DNA of 56,106 bases, filler included, from Dugesia japonica (GCA_001938525.1; 5 parts of 5 records of this genome joined end to end with filler, not necessarily neighbours in it), one strand, 5' to 3'; counted from the whole stretch's first letter, positions 13,331-26,154 are shown. Numbers and translations: made by a program. Notes: generated by a model not told the origin, from the sequence alone.

Positions 13331-14150
13331 TATGTATCTGGTTATGTCAACAATATGTTTATTATATTAAAACAATTATATAGAATATAAGATGGCTATA
13401 TTAATAATTAATTTTTACACACCCGAAACTAAATTTTTTACAAAATTAAAACCTAAAACACTCTTATTAATTTAGTCGAAAGAATTGTCTGAACATTAAA
13501 ACTAGAAAATTTATTACATTAATAAAATATTGTATTTTTAAATGACATTATATTTATTTTATTAATAATTATAATTGTAAAAATCTCATTTTTCATATAT
13601 AAATAATTATTCTCAGTAGAATTTTCATTTAAAATTTTGTTAAATAATTTCTTTCAAGTTAGTTGTTTAAAAAAGAGTCTCATTCTCGTCGGAACAATAA
13701 AATCTATAAATTTCTCCTTTGAGGTTGACATTCACCTCGCATGGTTATTCTATCAAATCAATTTATATTGATTAATCCCAATGATCTTCTACTTCAAAAA
13801 TTGCAATAATAATTCACTAATAACTCAAATAAATATCGTAGAGAATTAATTTTTTCAGATTAATGTTATGTACTAATGAAGAATTTCTAAAATTTCATTA
13901 TTTATTTTCACAATTTTTTTGTTTGTTTAGTTTTTTAAAATAATTTCAGTAAATATTTGAATAAATTTTAAATATATTCTGTATTATAATTTCTGCATTA
14001 TAAAACAATAATATTAATACTATTAGTTAAATTCAAAATCTCGCAACTCTGCATAAATTTTTATTGTTTATTACATGTTTTTTGATTAAAGTGAAAAAAG
14101 ATGAAGAACAAACAAATAATCTGAGAAATTTTAATAAAATATTTTTTTTA

Positions 14151-14320
14151 AAATATCGATTTTAATTTTAAAATACTTTTATTTTACATGAATCTTAAAT
14201 TGTTTTTAAACATAATTTCATAATATAATTTTTATAATTTTACATAATTTAAAATATCGATTTTAATTTTAAAATACTTGTATTTTACATATCTTTAATT
14301 GTTTTTAAACATAATTTCAG
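14151..14320 (+). repeat. Short direct duplication (~70 bp unit, ~100 bp apart)
   Basis: AAATATCGATTTTAATTTTAAAATACTT...TTGTTTTTAAACATAATTTCA occurs twice. Confidence 0.8.
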
Positions 14321-14369
14321 AAAATGATTTTTACAATTTCATTTTTTTCAATTATATTTGTATGTTTTA

Positions 14370-14469
14370 NNNNNNNNNNNNNNNNNNNNNNNNNNNNNNN
14401 NNNNNNNNNNNNNTTAATTAATTAANNNNNNNNNNNNNNNNNNNNNNNNNNNNNNNNNNNNNNNNNNNN
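14370..14469. other. Artificial contig linker
   Basis: 44 N + TTAATTAATTAA (stops in all six frames) + 44 N. Confidence 0.97.
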
Positions 14470-15086
14470 TTCTTCAAATTAAAATAAATATTTGAAATAT
14501 TTCAATAAAGTTTGTACATAATTTAAAAGATTGTCTATAAAATTTGTACATACCTATTATTATAAAAATAAAATTAAAATTATCCGATCAGAATTACACA
14601 TGTATAAAACAAATCATCACAAGTCGAAATAGAAATAAAATTAGAATTGTCCGATTAGAATTATTAGATACATGAAATGTAATTGAAATTGTTAATAAAA
14701 TAAATTGTCACAGATAAAATTAAAATTATTAGTCATATATCATTGAACAGAACTGATCGTAGAAATTGAATATTGAATTCAAGTTGAAGGGTCCGAATTG
14801 AGGTTTGACTGGATAAGGAGCACTTTTGCACATTTGCATTGCTTTGTATGTTTTGTGGTTTGTTATGAATGTTTGTGTATTTATTTTGTGTTTTGTGTTT
14901 CCCAACAGAGGAACGNNNNNNNNNNNNNNNNNNNNNNNNNNNNNNNNNNNNNNNNNNNNNNNNNNNNNNNNNNNNNNNNNNNNNNNNNNNNNNNNNNNNN
15001 NNNNNNNNNNNNNNNNNNNNNNNNNNNNNNNNNNNNNNNNNNNNNNNNNNNNNNNNNNNNNNNNNNNNNNNNNNNNNNNNNNNNNA

Positions 15087-16960
15087 AAATGTGCCACGCA
15101 AATAAGAGCGTTCTTATGATTAACAAATTATTACAGACGTTTTATAAAAGATTATGCTTTACTTGCAGCAATATTGTATCCAGCGATGACAGGACAAGAA
15201 AAGAACATTGAATGTACAAAAGAATGTAAGGATAGTTTTCAATCTTTGAAGATTTTGACTTTCCAAAGTAATAGAAGCGAAATGATATTGAATACTGATG
15301 CTAGTTTTGGAGCAATTGGGGGGTTTAGAGTCAATGACGTATAATGAATAGGAACAGGTCATAGCATATGGTTCTCGAACTTTAAACAATCATGAAAAAG
15401 TATATTGCGTTACTCGCAAGGAATTGTTAGCTCTACATGAGTTAATGATGTATTTTAAACACTATTTGTATGGCAAGAAATTTAGAGCAAGAATAGATCA
15501 TAAAGCATTGACTTTTATGACGAAGACTAGTAAGCCCATTAGTTCTCAGGTTCAAACATGGATAAANAATCTAGCAAAATTTAATTTTGAACTAGAATTC
15601 TAAAAAGGAGCAACTCATGGAAATGCTGATGAACTTTCAAGGATAGAAGAGAGTCTTTGTTTGCAATGTCAGACTATACATCAAGATGCCAAAGGGGAAC
15701 GAAATCGAGTTAAAAGAATCAACACTTTGGACAAAACAAACTTTGATAGAAGCAATATTAAAGAAGTACGGAGAAATGATCAAATAACGAGAGAAATAAT
15801 TGTATATATTGAAAGTGAAATGATAAATAATAAACTGAGCACAATGGTGACCAAAAGTAAATATTTTTACAAACTGGAAAAGTTTAAGTTGTATGATGAA
15901 ATACTGATTATCAATCAAGGAGACAAGAAAAGAATTTTACTGGCAAGAAAATCGATACCTAACCTTATATATTTTATACACGATGATTATATGTCATGTT
16001 GGAGGCCAAACACTGACGGAGTATTTGAATTTAAGTTTGTTTTGGCAAAATATGCAAAGACAAGTAGAACATCAACTAAAAATCGTATGATATGTAACAT
16101 GAGTAAAGCATACACTGGTTGAAAAAAAGAATTTCTTATTCCAAGAACAGAATTTGGACCACTAGAACAGGTTATCATGGATATCGCTTACTTTCCAGAA
16201 GTGAAAACCAAAGAAAATATGTTCCCGTCATGGTTGAGAGGTATAGTAAGTTAGTGTTATTCGTAACGTTAAGTAAATAGGACGAAATGTCGGTAGTTAA
16301 AGCAATAAAGAAAACCTGAATATATCGATTTGGTAAGCCAAAATCATTTATGACCGACAGAGCAAAAATATTTGAAAGAAAGTTTATGTGATCACTTGCA
16401 GAGAAGTTTGGGATTCAAGAAGAATTTTCGTTCTCATATCAACATCAATCAAATGGTTTAGCAGAAAGAAATATTAGAACACTTTGAGATATGATGGTAA
16501 CTACGATAAAGAACGGCTGCACGGAATCAGGTTGGTACAAATTACTTCCACAAATTCAGTTTGTAATAAATGCAACACAACAAAAATCGANNNNNNNNNN
16601 NNNNNNNNNNNNNNNNNNNNNNNNNNNNNNNNNNNNNNNNNGATTACCACTATCAGGAAATCCGAAACACAAAGAAATGAAGAAAACTGGCGGATAAAAG
16701 TTTACAAAAAGCCGCTCAAAATTTAACCAAATACGATTGTGAAAAACTAACTTCCAGCCATTTTGAAGAAGGCGAAAGAATATTAGTGAAATTAGAACCA
16801 CACAAGTTAAAGAAAGATGGTTTCAGCTATGAGGGTCCTTAAAAAATTAGTAAATTTATAACCCAACATCAGGGCTTATAGATTATGCAGGACAGCTTAA
16901 ACCGAGAAGAGTTGAATAGCTAAAGAAAATTAAAAATAAAAATTAAAAAGAGAGAGAGCA
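15087..16960 (+). mobile_element. Decayed Ty3/Gypsy pol (RT end, RNase H, integrase) with PPT
   Basis: ILNTDASFGAIG, YCVTRKELLA..FKHYLYGKKF..DHKAL, MTDRA, YQHQSNGLAERNIRT; purine tract AAAAGAGAGAGAG at ~16946. Confidence 0.92.
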
Positions 16961-17069
16961 GATATATATCTTTTATAAAATGATATTAAGATTTAAATTT
17001 GTTAATATTAAATTATATTATTTGTTTAAATAATTCATTATTAATGAATAGTTTTTGTTTTAATAAATA

Positions 17070-17379
17070 ATTATGGAAAGTTCAAGTCTTTTAACTATGA
17101 TAAAGGAGTAAATGGAGAATATGTTCAAAAAATTTCCAATTCATATTCTAGCAATAAAATATTTACCACCAAAGAAGATATTGATGATGGTGTAACTCAA
17201 TTATTAAATATCAATCATTAGTGTTGGGTCATCATACAGTAAATTACCATTTTCAACACCTATTGTTATTAATATTCAAAATAAAGATGATGATCTTTGT
17301 TTTCTCTATTCAGTTTTGGCTCATAAATATATTTTAAATCATCCAGCACGAGTTACAATTAATATTCCACATTTAGAAG
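17070..17379 (+). mobile_element. Polinton/Maverick (adintovirus-like) protein-primed PolB, N-terminal part
   Basis: GSSYSKLPF..VINIQNKDDDLCFLYSVLAH..NHPARV motif; frame resumes after the 17380-19699 insertion. Confidence 0.8.
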
Positions 17380-19280
17380 TGTTGAGGTAAATAGAAATGA
17401 AAATCTTTTATAAATTATAAATAATGTATTTAAAAATCAAATAATTATTCAATATGTTGGGCTGAAACGGCTCTGATGAAAACTAATTTTGAGTTTAATT
17501 TAAATTAATTAATTTTTTAAGTTAAATTAAATTAATTTTTTGAGTAAGCTGAAGGTTTCAGATGTAAAGAACCCCAAGTGCGTTAGAAAACGATGTATAA
17601 AAATGATATATATAAATATTAAAAAATACAGTTTTATATTTAAATTTGTTCTTTATTTATTGTATAGATAGACTAATGTTGTTAATAAGCAAGTGTTATC
17701 ATATATTTAAATATTACAGAGAAGTTCATAATTAAAATACTAAGTTCCTTGCTAATGTAAACTTAAATGAATAAACGATGCATCGATATTAAACTTAAAG
17801 ATCTTTTATTATAAATCATAATGAAACAAATTATAACTTGTGTTAATAATATGTTCACTCTAACTATTTACAGTGTCTGATGCAAAGAAACTAATTTACA
17901 CCTCGCTAGCAGACGTCCGAGCAAAATGGTATTCTATATAAAATAAATTAAAGAGGGAAATCATGGAGCTATAGCACAAAAACACACAGCTCAGGGATAA
18001 AATAAACAAGATGAATGAACTGGATCTCGCTTTGTCTCAAGCTTGCCGCGCCATGGAAGATATCATTAAGGCGTATGCGGACAGGAAGTGTGCGCTGATC
18101 GCTTCTGTGCGAAAACTGACACAGACAACCAAACCAGTATCATAGGTAGTCGGAGAGAAGTCAAAGGAAGTCATCGAATTGGATGAGTGATCGACATTGA
18201 ACAAATAATGATCATTGGTTCGAAACAATTGTGTACAAAATGCAGTTTTTGAATTTTTGATTTTAACATAAGCTGTTATAAATTGTTATGGTTTAATTTT
18301 AAAAACGCGAGCTGGATATAAATTGAAGATCTAAGACGGGATCCAGTATAGTCCCGAAGGGATAGTGTTGCTGGAGAAAGCAACGCAAATTTTTGTGGTT
18401 ACTAGGTATCATCCCCCAAACAGAAATGGCACTTAAGAAACAATGGTGATCGAGGGATTAATATTAAAGAACAGTAGAAACGAGATTAATATAACACCCA
18501 AAAGCCTAGTAACCCAACAAATATATAACTTGAGGGGTAACAGTAATTACCTCATCAAAAAAACTCTTATAAATAATTTTAGGATGTTCTGTTGAGAAAC
18601 CAACCAAGATATTACTGGGGACTTAATTTATACCCTTTGCAAATATAATATTCAAACTTATTGAAAACCTTATAAGAGTCCCTTAGTATTTTATTTATCT
18701 TGAAGAAATCCTCTTCGCGATAAGGTAGTGGGTTATAATATTGAATTTACTACATTGATTTTAAAAATTAATCAAAGAAAAACTAAATTACTTCTTTGCA
18801 AAAATATATTGAACAATCAATTATTTAACGTCTTGTATCCACAAGAGTTATTACAAAATTTTCTCTCGCCTTCTATCTGAAATCAATCATATATATATAT
18901 ATATATATAATTTGAACCAAATCGATCTGATTTTTTGACAATAATAAACACAAACAACACACGGATCGAACTGGTTCAGTTTTTAAAAAAAATAATAATA
19001 ATACTAATGAACGGATCAAATTGATATAATTAACAGACAAAATAATTGTAATAAAAACAATAAAACTAATGGATCAAACCGATCCAGTTTCAAGATAATT
19101 TAATTAAAAATAATTTTTTTTATAATAATTATAATTAATTACGATATAATAATAACGATAATAATAATAATTATAATAATTATAATAATAATAATTATGA
19201 TAATAATAATAAATCAATCAATAATAGTTTACAAAATTTAACGAAAAAATGAAAATCAATAAACAATAAAGAAAAAAATC

Positions 19281-19345
<65 letters not shown>

Positions 19346-19395
19346 NNNNNNNNNNNNNNNNNNNNNNNNNNNNNNNNNNNNNNNNNNNNNNNNNN

Positions 19396-19461
<66 letters not shown>

Positions 19462-19699
19462 CAAATTTTTTATGATATACATAAAATGAACGCATTGTTT
19501 TTAAGTCTCTTCATTCTATACACAAAGTTAAATGTTTATTTGGCTGCATCAAAAAAGGGTTGGTGCTAGTCCCCCATCAGCTAGCCTGAGGTTATTTGCT
19601 GGATTATTGTCCTAGATCAATTGTGTGTCGATGCTTTTATTAACATTTCACATGCCCATATAAAATTTTTCAATATGTTGGTTTTATGTGATCTCAACA
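17380..19699. mobile_element. 2.3-kb TG...CA element (long solo LTR or non-autonomous LTR derivative) inserted in Polinton polB
   Basis: Inverted termini TGTTGAG / CTCAACA; 4-bp TSD GAAG / TAAG; removing it restores HLEELKTNGMKFP. Confidence 0.8.
19140..19460. repeat. (AAT)n microsatellite
   Basis: Long pure AAT run interrupted by an N gap. Confidence 0.97.
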
Positions 19700-19703
19700 T
19701 AAG

Positions 19704-21060
19704 AATTAAAAACAAATGGAATGAAATTTCCTGCAACAATTGATGGTGTAAAATTATTTGAGGAATTGAATGATTGGAAAGCACATGTGTTTGTTGTAAC
19801 TGATTCTGAAAAACTAGAACCTTTACTCATTTCACATTTAGAAACAAATCTAAATCATAATGATAAAAAATGTAATTTATTAATTTACAAAAATCATTAT
19901 ATTATATGTAGAGATGTGAAAGTATTTTTAAAAACTAATAAAAATAATAATCATGTATGCTTGATATGTATGAATTGCTTATTATTATCAAAACATCAGA
20001 AGGAATGTGTTAACTATAAAATATTAATTCATTTAAAAATTATTAATAAAAATATAAAATTCCATTTATAATATATGGAGATTTTGAATGTTTGACTAAT
20101 TCAATTAGTCAAAAAAAATCAATATCTCTTGGAATTTATGTAGTGAGTAAATACCAAGATTTCATGAAAAATGAATACAAAGAATTTTATGGTAAAAACA
20201 TTCATGAAGAATTCTTTGAATTTTGGCAATCTGATAAATAATAAATAGATAGATATTAAAAATAGCAAATTAATTAAAGCGTTTTCAGGTAATGCACCAA
20301 ATATTCAAACAAATCAAAAAATGCAAATATTGTGAAAACATTTTACACCAAGATTACGTATTAGATAATGACCATTTTAAGGGTAAATTACGAGGTTATT
20401 GTCATACAAATTGTAACTTACAGGATTGTTCTATTAAAAGATTATTCATTTTATTCAACTTTCACAATGCACCTGAATATGATAATCATTTATTTTTTAA
20501 AGAATTATTTGCAAAATATCCCAATAAAGTTAAAATAATTTTACATACCAACGATGTTTACATATCATTACATGCATCATGTATGACTAAGTCTTCACGA
20601 ACTGGAGAAACTTTTGAAACTAATGACTTAGTTTATATCCCTGCAACAAATCAAATAAATTATATGTATGAAGTTGATTTAGAATATCCTCCAAAAATAC
20701 ATGAAAAACCAAATATTTTCCATTAGCAAAAGCTCGAATTCATATTACTGAAAATATGTTAGCTCCTAATCAATTATCAGTTTTACGCGGAGCTCAACCC
20801 GGAGGTGCAAATAAAAAATTAAACAAGAAAAATGTTTAATTAAATAAGAATCAATTTGATAAACAAAATAAAATGTTTGCTTCAATTTCTTTATCTGTTA
20901 TAATATCATCACAATGGTGATTGTCATGGTATCATGGAAGAATAGTATGACCAATGGTTTTAGGCAATTGTAAGAGTCTTCTGGACTATATGCTAGTGTA
21001 TTTGAAATTGGATGTATATTTATTGGCAGATTTCTTCCAACAGTTCAGATTGAAAACTAA
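19704..21060 (+). mobile_element. Polinton pPolB continuation (decayed, internally deleted or rearranged)
   Basis: MKFPATI..FEELN; CKYC..DNDHFKGKLRGYCHTNCNL (endonuclease VII-like); FHNAPEYDNHL (exonuclease motif); YEVDLEYP; YLKLDVYLLADFFQQFR. Confidence 0.88.
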
Positions 21061-21554
21061 TTGACCAAGTTTTTCCATGATTAGGAAATAATTGACCAAA
21101 TCACACCAAAATCAGCCAAACTTTACATTACTGAGGAAATAATTTACCGAATTCATATAAATCAGAGATTTATTTAATATTTTTTTTGAAAATATTAATT
21201 TCTACAATGTGAAATTTTAAATAATTTGATATAACGCAATTGAAATGCAAAATGAATAAGGAAATGCAATTGGTAATCTGTTTAAATAAAGACACATTCA
21301 ATTATCACTGGATAATATTTTGAGTGACATAGTTAAAATGTAAAAAACTTTATTAAAAAAAATAATAAATAAATAATTTGTAAATAAAATATAAAAATAA
21401 AAAATAATTTTCTCAAAAAGTGTTCAAATAAACAAGTTACAAAAAAATAAATGAAAAATAGTTTTCTCCAAAAAAGAGTGTTCAAATAAACAAAACTTAC
21501 AATAAAAAATTTCAAATTTAGTTTCATTAAACTAAAAAGATTATTTTTCAAGTA

Positions 21555-21996
21555 ATGGGTGGGGTTACTACCTTTGACTTTAAGAAAAAATTGACTTTAA
21601 AAATTTTCCGAAAAAATAAAAAAATATTTAAAAATTTTTTTGTTAAGTAATGTGTTTCCGTGTGGAGGGTACTACCTCTGGTCATGAGAAATAAATTGAC
21701 TTTGAGAATTTTTGAAAAAACAAATTTCTCAAAAAAAATGTTTAAGTTATGTTTCCGTGAGGACGGATACTACCTGTGACCTTGACAAAAAAAGTTTTTT
21801 ACAAAAAAATTAAAATTTTTTCAAAGGGGCTACCTTTTTACTCATCACACCTTAAAATGCAAGGGAGGGTGGGTGGAGGTAGGGATGTCCGATGATTCAC
21901 CTCTCCCTTCCCAAAAAATGTCGGTGACGACTCATCGGTGGGGTGTACTTCTATCCTTCGAGAGGCCCTGGTTTGGTGCACTCATATCTACCTAGT
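21555..21996. repeat. GC-richer terminal-type region with three ~100-bp spaced repeats
   Basis: GGTTACTACCTTTGAC / GGGTACTACCTCTGGTC / GGATACTACCTGTGACC; region ends ...TACCTAGT. Confidence 0.5.
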
Positions 21997-22559
21997 ATAT
22001 TTATTATCAAATAAATCTTATATAACAAAAACCTTGTTTTCTTTTTAATTTAATCTTAAAATCTTTTTAATTTTAACTTTATCAGAGTAATTTAATTCAA
22101 TATTTTCAACCATTTGTTCTATTACCAAATCTAAATTCATGGTAAAAGAACAATAAATTTTTTTTGTCATGAATAACTAAATATAAAATAACAACAACAA
22201 CAATGATAAAAGCAACATATATTTTTAAAAACAGTTCACATATTTTGGCCCAAAAGAGTGCCGGTTTTACGTTTAGATATATACTGATTTTTTACCGATT
22301 TCTTCTTTTCTAAAATAAAAATAATTAAATAATATGATAAAAAACTAAATAAATGCCTCTTATTTTTCATAATTTTCCTTAGCGTAATGAGTCGACATTA
22401 GATTTTTCAAAAAAAAGAACATTTATAGAACAGTTTGTAGGTGACTAGTCCAAATAAGTCCTGAATGATTCGAATAAATCCGAAATCATAGATTTTTTTT
22501 TATTAATTTTTTTTATTCAGAAAGAACTCAATTTGATTAATTCTTGGGCGTTTTGGGAC

Positions 22560-24148
22560 TAAACAGAGGATATTTAGCCTCATTGATTATATGATGTAAG
22601 TAAATGTGATAGCTCACTTTGATTACTCTTTCGATTGATATTTGCGAGATTTTCTTTATTTCATTTGAGGTTAGACCAATTTGTTTGAGAGCTTTTTGAT
22701 TGAAGGGGTTCCAAGAGGCTAATGTACTAATAACAAGATCATCAAGTTTAAAATCTTTGTAGGACTTTGAGCTAATTTCGGCTCTGATGCACTCATATTT
22801 TTCCTATTATCTTCTCTAACTTTTGCGAAGCTTTGTAATGAATAATATGGAACCTTTATGTCAAGAATATGAATGTGTGCATTTCTGTGGCTCTTGATTA
22901 TTAGATCAAGTTTGAGCTTTGTTGTGAGTCCTTGTTGATATGAATCCATTTCTACATCAAAGTTCGATTTTTTAAGTTGAGCTGCCATTTTTTCCATAAC
23001 ACCATTGTTTTTATAGCACCTTTGATTCCTCATGACTGAACAGTGGTTGAATATGTGTGTTTGAGTTTCCGCTTCAGTATCACATTGACTGCAGTGAATT
23101 GGCATATTGCTCTTCAGTCTGTAAGGATTGAAGTTGGTTTTCAGAAGATTGTTTCTTGCTCTGACAAGGAAGAGGTAATCGCTTGCAGAAAAGTTTATGT
23201 TTTTCATAAATTTGTAAGCATAGTCTGATGAGGCTAGACAGGTTGCTAGAAGAACTTGTGTGGGAAGGTTTTACAAATTTTGGAAATATATCATCCCAAT
23301 TTCAGTATGTAGGACATTGCACAATTTAGACTTTGAGCTGCAATTGATCAGTATATTGAGAAAGGAATTATAATTATTCAGTCCAGTGGTTTTCAGGGTT
23401 TTTTCATTTTCTTCAGTAAAGAAGACCAGTTTTAGTTTATGGGCAAGATGAGACTAGATAAGATTCATCTTATTTATCAGGTTTCAAGATGAGATTAGTT
23501 NAGAACGTTTTCCATTGACCAGGTATATACTTAATCTTTAGAATTCTTTTAAATAGAGTCTGTAGAAAAAGTGATTGAGATAAATTTTAAGCTAGTCAGA
23601 GTAAGTGATTTTATCCATCCAGGGTGAGAATTTTGAAGTGCTGTTAAAAGCAATTTTGATTTGATTGAAGGTTATTTCATTGTTATTGAAAAAGTCTTTA
23701 AAAGGTGGAATATCAAGAAGTTTAAACTTATGTATGTTTAAGTTTTCTGGCAGAATCTGAGTGAAATGATTGATAATATTCTCTTTAGTTGGGGTTGAGT
23801 CTGGAATTGTTGATCCAAGAATTTCATAAAATACTTTTGAAGACGTTTTTATATGCCTGCTCTGAAGTGAGTATTTAGATTCAGTAAGATCGTCTCTGAT
23901 CTTGTGGAAAGTGTGTTTTGCCCNTTTATTGATAAGCTTGTTAGGAACTATTTTGAGTAGTTCTCTAGATGCTACATTGATAGCTTCAGTTATGTTTATT
24001 GTAACTTCTTTAATTCTTATAATGAAAAGAGTCATATTTGGTTTCAAGTTGGTGTGATTGGAGGTAAAAATCTATTTGATATGATTGTTGACCATGGATT
24101 TGATTTCCTGTCTATATTCCTTAGTATATGGTACAGTGAAGCTTTTGC
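22560..24148 (-). mobile_element. Decayed non-LTR retrotransposon with restriction-like endonuclease (R2/NeSL-type clade)
   Basis: CSQC..ETQTHIFNHC zinc knuckle, KLDLII..ILDIKVPY (PD-D/ExK-like), upstream EITF..KFSPWMDKITY (SPGPDG-like pre-RT motif); most of RT deleted. Confidence 0.82.
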
Positions 24149-24330
24149 CTGGAGTGCATTGATGTTCTGCTGTTACTGGTTGATCATTTAGATAGTCATG
24201 GATCTCTTCAGGGATAACTATGTCTACATCCATAGTGTATCCGTACGACAATGCATCAAAGTCCAACATGTTATATTCTTGTAATACTGATTTTTAACCA
24301 GTATGTTCCCACTCAAAGTCTTTATAGTTT
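24149..24330 (-). mobile_element. Second Polinton pPolB fragment
   Basis: DFEW...YGYTMDVDIVIPEEIHDYLNDQPVTAE matches the GY.LEVDL.YP..LHD...D.P.APE motif. Confidence 0.75.
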
Positions 24331-24538
24331 TTAAATTAAACAAAACCGATAAAGATAATGTTTATTATGATATATTTAGCAACATTTTTTCTAGTAAAAT
24401 TGAATAGGATTATGAAGTTAATTTACATTGGAAAACAAAGTATAATTATTATTATTTAGATATAGAAGCAGATGAATTAATTGATAATTTTTTTGAAGAC
24501 TGAAAATATACTTCAACTTTAAAATACAAGTAAATAAA

Positions 24539-25085
24539 ATGTCTTCAGTTTCTATACAAGAATTAATTGATTTAATAAATTCAAATAAATCCAAATCTGT
24601 AAAAATTAATGGAAAAAACTATTGGATTGGAAAACAAGTTAGAGAAGAATTAAAAAGGAAAATGGCAACTAGGTAAGAACATGAAGGTGGATTTGCTTTT
24701 CTAGCTGCAATACCAGCAATTATAGCTGGTTTAGCAGGTGCAGCTGGTGCCACCGCGGCTGTCGCTGGTACTGCTTCTGCGATTTGCTAGTACAGTTAGT
24801 CAATCAAGATCCGCTCAAGCACAAGCTCTAGAAAAAATTAAAAAACAAAAAGAAATTAAATTAGTAGAATTACAGAAAAATAAATTGCAAGAAAATCCAT
24901 AAGAGTTAGATAAAACTGGTGGGGGACTTTATTTAAAACCATATCAAGGATCTGCAATTCATAAATATTTTAAAAATAGTTTAGATAATTCAGAGTTGAA
25001 AATAATTACTCAAAACTTTAAAAATGGAATACAAGTTAAAATAAAAGGAGATGGTTTATATTTAAAACCTTTTAAAAATAGATAG
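24539..25085 (+). pseudogene. Polinton/adintovirus virion core or membrane-active precursor protein (disrupted)
   Basis: EGG|FAFLAAIPAIIAGLAGAAG hydrophobic peptide; repeated GGGLYLKPY / GDGLYLKPF; internal stops and one frameshift. Confidence 0.7.
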
Positions 25086-25895
25086 TGAACAAATAACAGA
25101 AAGAATAAAACTTTTAAAAGAATTAATTAAAGCTCAAGATAACTATGATAATTTATTNACTACAGGAGTAATTGAATCAAGAACTTTACAAGATACTTTA
25201 ACTGTTCAACAATAACCTATTGTCGAAGCAATTGAAAAATTAGATGATAAACCTAAAAACCCTTTTGAAAAAAGAATTCCATTCTTTTCAAGTACTATTA
25301 GAAATCCTGAATTTTTAAAAGTTCCAGCAGTTATACCTATATTTCTAACTGAAGTTATTGATAATAAAAATTTTCAAAAAATAATTTATCCTAATTATAA
25401 AGATTCTATAACAGAAATATATTTATTTGAAGAGAATGGGAAAAAATACTTTGAAAATAATAAAAAGTAATTCCTTATTCTGAAGAATTAATGAATTTAA
25501 TTTTAGGAAATGAAAGTAATTATCCTGAAACAATTGATATTTATTTAAATAAATTTAATATTACATTTCATCATCAAAATAAATATTATAAATTTTTAAC
25601 TGGGATAGAAGTCAAAAAAGAAATCCCAAAGGGTCCCATTACAGTTGAAAAAGAAATTCAAAAGGGTTCCTTTCCTGTAGAAAAACATGAAATTCAAAAA
25701 GCGGCCATTAAAGGTGAAGGTTTAAATCACGATCCAGTTTATTTGTTTGAAAGATTAACATTATTAATTTCAGCTGTAAAAGCCGGTCATAATAATTTAG
25801 AACAAGAAATTAAATCTGTTTGTAAATTATTATTAAACCAAAAACTGATTACCAAAGAAAAATATAAAGTTTATAAAAATAAATACTTTACCTAA
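25086..25895 (+). pseudogene. Conserved Polinton/adintovirus protein of unknown function
   Basis: C-terminal GEG..DPVYLFERLTLLISAVKAGHNNLEQEI..L matches the DP.EL..RL.LL.....AGN....EI motif of Polinton ORFs. Confidence 0.7.
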
Positions 25896-25900
25896 AGAAA

Positions 25901-26054
25901 ATGTCTCATCAATTTTTAGTTGTTGGGAAAGAGTTTAACCTTAAAGTTAATTTAAGATTTCCAAATGAATTAGATTCAGAATTTGAAATGGGATTATTTT
26001 TTAGTTATTATAATATTATTTTTAATGTTACTATTAAAAAGAATACTTTCTACT
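25901..26054 (+). CDS. Probable Polinton minor capsid (penton) N-terminus, cut by contig end
   Basis: RFPNELDSEFEMGL..YYNIIFNVT.KKNTFY resembles the P..L...YE.GL....YNS..NV...NN.FY penton start. Confidence 0.6.
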
Positions 26055-26154
26055 NNNNNNNNNNNNNNNNNNNNNNNNNNNNNNNNNNNNNNNNNNNNTT
26101 AATTAATTAANNNNNNNNNNNNNNNNNNNNNNNNNNNNNNNNNNNNNNNNNNNN
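26055..26154. other. Artificial contig linker
   Basis: N44-TTAATTAATTAA-N44. Confidence 0.97.

Noticed and set aside
14414-14425. TTAATTAATTAA as a regulatory or recombination site
   Set aside because: It always sits centred in exactly 44+44 Ns, so it is an assembly linker.
14729-15211. Cluster of overlapping ORFs (also 34384, 41415, 44836-44868, 48569-48660)
   Set aside because: They are open mainly because they run through N gaps.
17461-17500. CTGATGA next to GAAAC as another hammerhead
   Set aside because: No convincing stem II or downstream GAAA geometry.
17938-18150. In-frame TAA/TAG at Gln-like positions suggesting a variant genetic code
   Set aside because: Host exons contain no in-frame stops and PMPCB ends in TAA; C-to-T decay of a dead element explains them.
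18915-19090. Spaced GGATC(G/A)AA repeats as a CRISPR-like array
   Set aside because: Only three or four degenerate units, in a eukaryotic context inside an LTR-like insert, with no cas genes.
19256-19495. Poly-Leu and poly-Tyr ORFs
   Set aside because: They are translations of the (AAT)n microsatellite.
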